In this document: one piece after another, positions 58,846 through 64,000 of the stretch
How positions within the stretch are numbered: the first letter of the stretch is position 1
How the letters are laid out: each line of letters opens with the position of its first letter
NCBI GenBank assembly: GCA_963667175.2
Contig: CAXXXF010000007.1
Location: 64,001-128,000 of the forward strand
Origin: Candidatus Latescibacterota bacterium
GTDB lineage: Bacteria; Latescibacterota; UBA2968; GCA-2709665
Length of the DNA: 64,000 bases
Direction of reading: 5' to 3'
The notes under the pieces: generated by a model
Databases searched by the model: none
What the model saw: only the letters and a program-made list of their open reading frames with translations
What the model was told of the DNA's origin: nothing
Made by a program: the position numbers and the translations under genes

Positions 58846-59532
58846 ATGTCCCACGTCCTGCTGCTTGCCGGCGAGACACAGGGCAATCAACTCAGGTCAA
58901 ATCTGGAATCGATCGGCCATACCGTTTCTCGCCCGGCCTGGAACCCGGATTCCGCTGTCAGGCCCGACGCCCGCGGCCTGCCGGGCAATTCCGCTGATCT
59001 GATTGTCGTCGACGATGAGACTTTCCCTGGCGAACTGCCCGTTCGCGTTCAACGCCTGCTCCGGTCTCCGGGCGCCCGAAGCGCGCCATTGCTGCTGATC
59101 ACCGACGAAGCCCGCGTCTCGAACCTCGACTTCTCCGCCGGAATAACCGACTTCATCACCCGCCCCTACTCCCCCGGGCAACTGGAAACCCGCCTGAGAC
59201 TCATCCTCGGACGCGGGGAACGACGGGATGCGATCCGGCTGGACGACCTGGTCATCAATCTGATCCGGTACGAAGTCCGGGTCGGCGGCGCGCCGGTCGC
59301 CCTGACGCTGAAAGAGTACGAGCTATTGAAGTGCCTTGTTGTCCACCGCGGCCGCGTGTTCACCCGTTCGGACTTGCTTGACCGCATCCGGGGGTACGAT
59401 TATCACGGCGGCATGCGCACCATCAACGTCCACGTGGCGCGACTCCGGGCGAAGCTGACCGGCTTCAACGGGGTCATTTCCACGCTAAGAGGGGTCGGCT
59501 ACGGGTTCGACTGGCCTGCGTCTCCAACCTGA
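58846..59532 (+). CDS. Orphan OmpR-family regulator, GlnR-like
   Basis: LTLKEYELL, GRVFTR, GYDYHGGMRTINVHVARLRAKL and TLRGVGY motifs; divergent receiver domain. Confidence 0.85.
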   Translation: MSHVLLLAGETQGNQLRSNLESIGHTVSRPAWNPDSAVRPDARGLPGNSADLIVVDDETFPGELPVRVQRLLRSPGARSAPLLLITDEARVSNLDFSAGITDFITRPYSPGQLETRLRLILGRGERRDAIRLDDLVINLIRYEVRVGGAPVALTLKEYELLKCLVVHRGRVFTRSDLLDRIRGYDYHGGMRTINVHVARLRAKLTGFNGVISTLRGVGYGFDWPASPT

Positions 59533-59637
59533 AAGATCGTCCGGGAACAGCATTGCCGCGTGAAGCCCGGACCGAGGGCAGTCCACGCGCGACGGCATTA
59601 TTCCAACTGTTGTCAAACCTGAAGACGGAGGGCGGAT

Positions 59638-60195
59638 ATGGAAGACGCAAGACACCTGACAATGAAAGAACTCGAAGCGGGACTGGGCCACGTGCGAAAT
59701 TCACCGGACGACGCGGGCGTCCTGAAACTGATCGTGCGGCGACCGGCAATCGACCGGCGTGAGGTCCTCGCCGAAGGCGATCTTCACCCGGCTGAGGGCC
59801 TCGTCGGCGACAACTGGAAGTCCCGCGGCAGTTCCAGCACTCCCGACGGATCCGCGAACCCCGATATGCAACTCAACGTTATGAACGCCCGGTGCGCCGC
59901 CCTGGTTGCACAGGACGACAGCCGCTGGCAACTCGCCGGTGACCAGTTGTACGTGGACCTGGATCTGAGCGAAGAAAATCTGCCGCCGGGCGCCCGGCTG
60001 GCGATCGGCGGCGCCGTGATCCGGGTGTCGGAGCAACCCCATACCGGCTGCCGCAAATTCGTATCCCGTTTCGGCGCGGATGCGATGAAATTCGTCAACT
60101 CGCGCCAGGGAAAGCGGTTCCGGCTCCGCGGTCTCAATGCGCGAGTGGTCCAGCCGGGCACCGTTCGGGTCGGCGATAGCGTCAGAAAGGTTTAG
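59638..60195 (+). CDS. MOSC domain protein
   Basis: GLVGDNW, AGDQLYVD, PHTGCRKF and RG-NARVV-PG motifs. Confidence 0.9.
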   Translation: MEDARHLTMKELEAGLGHVRNSPDDAGVLKLIVRRPAIDRREVLAEGDLHPAEGLVGDNWKSRGSSSTPDGSANPDMQLNVMNARCAALVAQDDSRWQLAGDQLYVDLDLSEENLPPGARLAIGGAVIRVSEQPHTGCRKFVSRFGADAMKFVNSRQGKRFRLRGLNARVVQPGTVRVGDSVRKV

Positions 60196-60199
60196 CGTA

Positions 60200-60976
60200 A
60201 TGGGTTTCGGATTCCATGAGTCGATGATCCACGACTACCGCGTACGGGGTTGCGTGATCTTCCGGCAGATCCTGCCGCCGTCGCTCATCCGCGACCTCCG
60301 CCGCGCCACGGCGAAGGCGCACGTCTATGCACGCGAAAAACGGGGCCCGCAGGCTCAGCGCCTCCAGCCCATTGCCAATTACGACGTCGATATGCGGCCG
60401 TTTCACGACTACGCGGAATTTCCCCCGCTGGTTGACGCCGTCAGCCGGGTGCTCACCCCCGAGCACAGAATCGCCAATAGCGAACTCAAGCGAACGGGGC
60501 TGTTGCTGGAACCGAGGGACAAGCCCTGGTGTACAGGGTGGCACCGGGATCTTCGGGAAACGTCCAACGTACCAGACGTGGAGGAGTTTCGCCGCGTGAA
60601 CCACGACCCGCTCTGGTTCAACCAGATCAACTGCCCCCTCTATGAGGACAACTGCACCTGGTATGTACCCGGCAGCTACCTGCGAGACGATCTGCCCGAC
60701 GAGACTGACGCGGCCGGGGCTCCCCTGCCTCCGGAAGACGCACCGTACGAAGCGCGGGAACGCGCGTGTCTGGAGTATGCCCAGGCGATGCCGCGATCGG
60801 AGCGGCTGTATTTGGACGCGGGGGATTTCGCGCTCTACCATCCCAATGGATGGCATATCGGCAATTATCTGCCCGGACGCAAACGCGTAACCATTCATGA
60901 CTTCGCGCCAACGCCTGAACTGCTGGACTGGTACGATCGCTGGGAGGGAAAACGGGCGCAGGCGGCAAAGGCGTAG
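60200..60976 (+). CDS. PhyH-family Fe(II)/2OG dioxygenase
   Basis: WHRD, YVPGS, AGD-xxY-xxGWH and R-TIH motifs. Confidence 0.82.
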   Translation: MGFGFHESMIHDYRVRGCVIFRQILPPSLIRDLRRATAKAHVYAREKRGPQAQRLQPIANYDVDMRPFHDYAEFPPLVDAVSRVLTPEHRIANSELKRTGLLLEPRDKPWCTGWHRDLRETSNVPDVEEFRRVNHDPLWFNQINCPLYEDNCTWYVPGSYLRDDLPDETDAAGAPLPPEDAPYEARERACLEYAQAMPRSERLYLDAGDFALYHPNGWHIGNYLPGRKRVTIHDFAPTPELLDWYDRWEGKRAQAAKA

Positions 60977-61052
60977 CAGTCCGTTGTAGCGGCCGACCAT
61001 TGGAGTTGGCCCGCGATCACACGCGTTTCACGCATTCAGGAAGGAAACCATC

Positions 61053-61904
61053 ATGCGAAAGGCATGGACGTGGACCACGACAGGGTATACACTGGCCGGG
61101 AAGTCCCACGATGAAATCGTGGAAACCTGTCGCTTCGCGGGGCTGGCGGGCATCGAGGGCTCACCGCCGCTCTTTGAAGGAAAATCCGAAACCGAACTGC
61201 AGGGACTGGGCGACAGCTATCGAGACGCGGGCCTCTGCATCGAGACGTTTCATCTGCCCTTTTCTGCCGACGACGACATCGCTTCCTTCTATGAAACGAC
61301 ACGCCGGCGGGCCGTGGACAATATGCGCTTCTGGATGAGAAAAGCGTCGCTCCTCGGCGCCACCGTTGGCATCCAGCATCCAACGATCAATCGGACCGAC
61401 GCCGGCGTGGAGGGCCTGGAGACCTATTTCCGCCAGATTGGAAAGAGCCTCGACACGCTCCTGCGGGAAGCGGAAGCTCTCGACTTCACGATCGCCCTTG
61501 AGAATATGCTGCCCTCGGGCGGCGGTCGGTTCACGTCCAGGCCGGAACATTTCGAGCGGATCATCAGGGACTTCGCCCATCCCAACCTGGGCTTCTGCCT
61601 GGACACCGGCCACGCGCTGGTGGCCGGCCGCGGCAAAGCGCACCGCTTCTTTGAAGTCATGGGACCTCGCATCGTCGCCTTTCATCTGGCGGACAACGCG
61701 GGCGACCGGGATTCCCACCTTGCCCCCGGCCACGGCAGAGTGGATTGGCGTGTATTCTTCCGGCATGCCGCTCACATCGGCTACGAACGCACCATGTGCA
61801 TCGAAACCCCGCCCTTCGACTTCGGTCCCGACTATACCGACAGCGCATGGGCTCGGATGGTGGCCGATACGGACGCGTTGGCCGAATCCGCGCTGAAGCG
61901 ATAG
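61053..61904 (+). CDS. Sugar-phosphate isomerase/epimerase-like TIM barrel
   Basis: HLPF, ALENM, CLDTGH and HLADN-G-RDSHL-PG-G motifs. Confidence 0.87.
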   Translation: MRKAWTWTTTGYTLAGKSHDEIVETCRFAGLAGIEGSPPLFEGKSETELQGLGDSYRDAGLCIETFHLPFSADDDIASFYETTRRRAVDNMRFWMRKASLLGATVGIQHPTINRTDAGVEGLETYFRQIGKSLDTLLREAEALDFTIALENMLPSGGGRFTSRPEHFERIIRDFAHPNLGFCLDTGHALVAGRGKAHRFFEVMGPRIVAFHLADNAGDRDSHLAPGHGRVDWRVFFRHAAHIGYERTMCIETPPFDFGPDYTDSAWARMVADTDALAESALKR

Positions 61905-61987
61905 TGGGTCCCAGGGGATCGCATCCGAACCGGTTCGTGAAACCCCGACACGGCATTGACACAACGGGCGATTGGGGAGCAGAAACC

Positions 61988-62776
61988 TTGAGATGGCGGG
62001 AGAAATATGGCGAGTGGGCCGTGGTCACCGGCGCTTCATCGGGCCTGGGGGCCGAATTCGTGAAGCAGGTCGCGGCCAGGGGCCTGAACGTCGTGCTCGT
62101 TGCCCGCCGGGCGGAACGGATGGAAGCGCTCGCCCGCGGCGTCCGACGGGCTCACGGCGTGCAGACGCGCGTCGTATCCGCAGACCTCACGGACCGCAAC
62201 GCCTGCCGGCGGATCGAAGACCGGACCGGCGACCTTGAAGTCGGGCTGCTGGTCAACAACGCCGGTTTCGGCCTCTCCGGGGCTTACACGGACCTGGATC
62301 CCGACCGCGTCGTAAACATGACCGTGTTGAACTGCGTGGTACCGGTACAGCTCACCAACCACTACCTGCCCCGCATGCTCGAGAGACGCCGGGGCGGGCT
62401 GATCTTTCTCGCATCGACCGCCGCGTACCAGGCGACACCGTATCTCGGCGTCTACGGGGCCACGAAAGCCTTCAATCTTCTGATGGGCGAATCCCTCTGG
62501 AAGGAATACAGGAAGGAAGGCATCGACGCGCTGTCGCTCTCGCCCGGTTTTACAAGAACCGAATTCACCCGCGTCGCCCGCATGAAGGATGCGAGCGGCC
62601 TCAGAGAGGCCGCGCCCGATGCCGTCGTAACCCTGGCTTTGAGGAGTCTCGGGAAAAGACCCTCCGTGATCCATGGCCTCGTCAACAGGATGCTCAATTT
62701 CACGGGAAGGTTCATCCCGCGCCGCACGGCGATCGCCATCACCTCCGGCATGCTGAAGGGAAGAGTCCAGCGATGA
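61988..62776 (+). CDS. Short-chain dehydrogenase/reductase
   Basis: VTGASSGLG, NNAG and YGATK motifs; TTG start after GGGGAG (start uncertain). Confidence 0.9.
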   Translation: MRWREKYGEWAVVTGASSGLGAEFVKQVAARGLNVVLVARRAERMEALARGVRRAHGVQTRVVSADLTDRNACRRIEDRTGDLEVGLLVNNAGFGLSGAYTDLDPDRVVNMTVLNCVVPVQLTNHYLPRMLERRRGGLIFLASTAAYQATPYLGVYGATKAFNLLMGESLWKEYRKEGIDALSLSPGFTRTEFTRVARMKDASGLREAAPDAVVTLALRSLGKRPSVIHGLVNRMLNFTGRFIPRRTAIAITSGMLKGRVQR

Positions 62777-63891
62777 CTATGCAGTTGGTCTGCCGGACAT
62801 GCGGCGCCACCCATCCCGAGACGACGGGACGCTGGAGGTGCACCTGCGGCGGGCCCCTCGACGTCGACTTCGAGGGCGCCATCGACACGCGCCGGATTGC
62901 CGGGCGGCCTCCCGGAATGTGGCGATACCGGGAAGCGCTGCCGGTCAGCGCGGACCGCCACGTCGTCTCATTCAACGAAGGGTTTACGCCGCTCGTTCAG
63001 ACACAGATCGACGGCAGACGCCTTACCGTCAAGCAGGAGAACCTCTTCCCCACGGGTTCCTTCAAGGACCGCGGCGCATCCGTACTCATCAGTCGCGCGC
63101 TCGAGCTGGGTGTCGAAAAGGTCGTGGAGGACTCCTCCGGCAACGCCGGCGCCGCTGTCGCCGCGTACGCGGCAAAGGCGGGAATGGCGTGTGAGATATT
63201 CGTTCCCGAGTCCACTTCACCCGGAAAACTCGCGCAGATCCGACTCTACGGCGCGAAGCTGATCCGTGTACCCGGCTCCAGGGAAGCCACGGCGCGTGCG
63301 GCCATGAAAGCGGCCGACAGCCACTTCTATGCAAGCCACGTCTGGAACCCGTTTTTCTTTCAGGGGACCAAGACGTACGCATTTGAGATCTGGGAGCAAC
63401 TCGGTTTCACGGCGCCCGACACCCTGATCGTGCCCACCGGGCACGGCACCCTGCTGATCGGCGCCTTTCTTGGATTCCAGGACCTCCTGAAGAACGGGTT
63501 GATCGACCGGCTACCCAGAATAATCGCCGTGCAGGCCGCGGGCTGCGCACCCATCTACCGGATGTGGCGGGATCAACTCTCGGAGATTCCCCATGCCTCC
63601 TCCGGGGACACCGTTGCCGAGGGAATTGCCATCGCCGAACCCGCGCGCGCTTCGCAGATCCTCGACGTCGTTCGGGAGACCGGCGGCCAGGTCATTTCCG
63701 TGACCGACGACGAAATCGAAAATGCCCTGCTGGAAATCTGCAACCTGGGCCTTTACGCCGAACCCACCTCAGCAACCGCCATCGCGGCCTTCAGGAAAAC
63801 CCCGGAGACCGTTGGCGAGCGTATTGTAGCGCCACTCACGGGACACGGGCTCAAGTCGACTGAAAAGATGCTCAAACTGGCCGAAGACTGA
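62773..63891 (+). CDS. thrC: Threonine synthase-like PLP enzyme
   Basis: N-terminal Zn ribbon; EGFTPL, PTGSFKDRG, DSSGNAG, EPTSA and LTGHGLK motifs. Confidence 0.8.
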   Translation: MTMQLVCRTCGATHPETTGRWRCTCGGPLDVDFEGAIDTRRIAGRPPGMWRYREALPVSADRHVVSFNEGFTPLVQTQIDGRRLTVKQENLFPTGSFKDRGASVLISRALELGVEKVVEDSSGNAGAAVAAYAAKAGMACEIFVPESTSPGKLAQIRLYGAKLIRVPGSREATARAAMKAADSHFYASHVWNPFFFQGTKTYAFEIWEQLGFTAPDTLIVPTGHGTLLIGAFLGFQDLLKNGLIDRLPRIIAVQAAGCAPIYRMWRDQLSEIPHASSGDTVAEGIAIAEPARASQILDVVRETGGQVISVTDDEIENALLEICNLGLYAEPTSATAIAAFRKTPETVGERIVAPLTGHGLKSTEKMLKLAED

Positions 63892-64000
63892 CGCTTCGCG
63901 GACCGCAACCGTAGCCCGTCATGCCGCCCGAATGCCCAGCCACTCGTTCTCGTCCAGGACCTCCTCCACCCTTAGACCGGCCGTCCTCACCGCCTTCAGA

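Overview
GC-rich bacterial chromosome segment, probably metagenome-assembled. Its gene repertoire (a sulfatase, five TIM-barrel sugar isomerases, three Gfo/Idh/MocA proteins, two PhyH dioxygenases, DUF1080, a PQQ-like propeller and a cohesin/EF-hand surface protein) suggests a Latescibacterota/Gemmatimonadota-like marine or sponge-associated organism; this is inference only. Core loci are rplM-rpsI-rpsB-tsf-frr (no pyrH), a Dpp-type ABC transporter and uvrB-nadC-birA-coaX. There are two lower-GC accessory blocks: a DUF1156 adenine methylase plus PD-(D/E)xK nuclease pair (8.2-11.5 kb), and an island (23.3-30.1 kb) with a repeat-rich surface protein and a DISARM-like defence locus reduced to dcm and drmB stumps around an IS3 element. 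The most notable signals are: (1) a free-standing, roughly 260-nt multi-helix, pseudoknotted RNA upstream of rplM, with its own sigma70 promoter, an extended anti-16S pairing tract and an 11-aa micro-ORF; (2) a bacterial flavoprotein resembling animal OSGIN1/OKL38; (3) tiny GC-flanked palindromes nested inside other mobile elements. No tRNA, rRNA or CRISPR array was seen. All homology calls are by-eye motif recognition; no searches were run.
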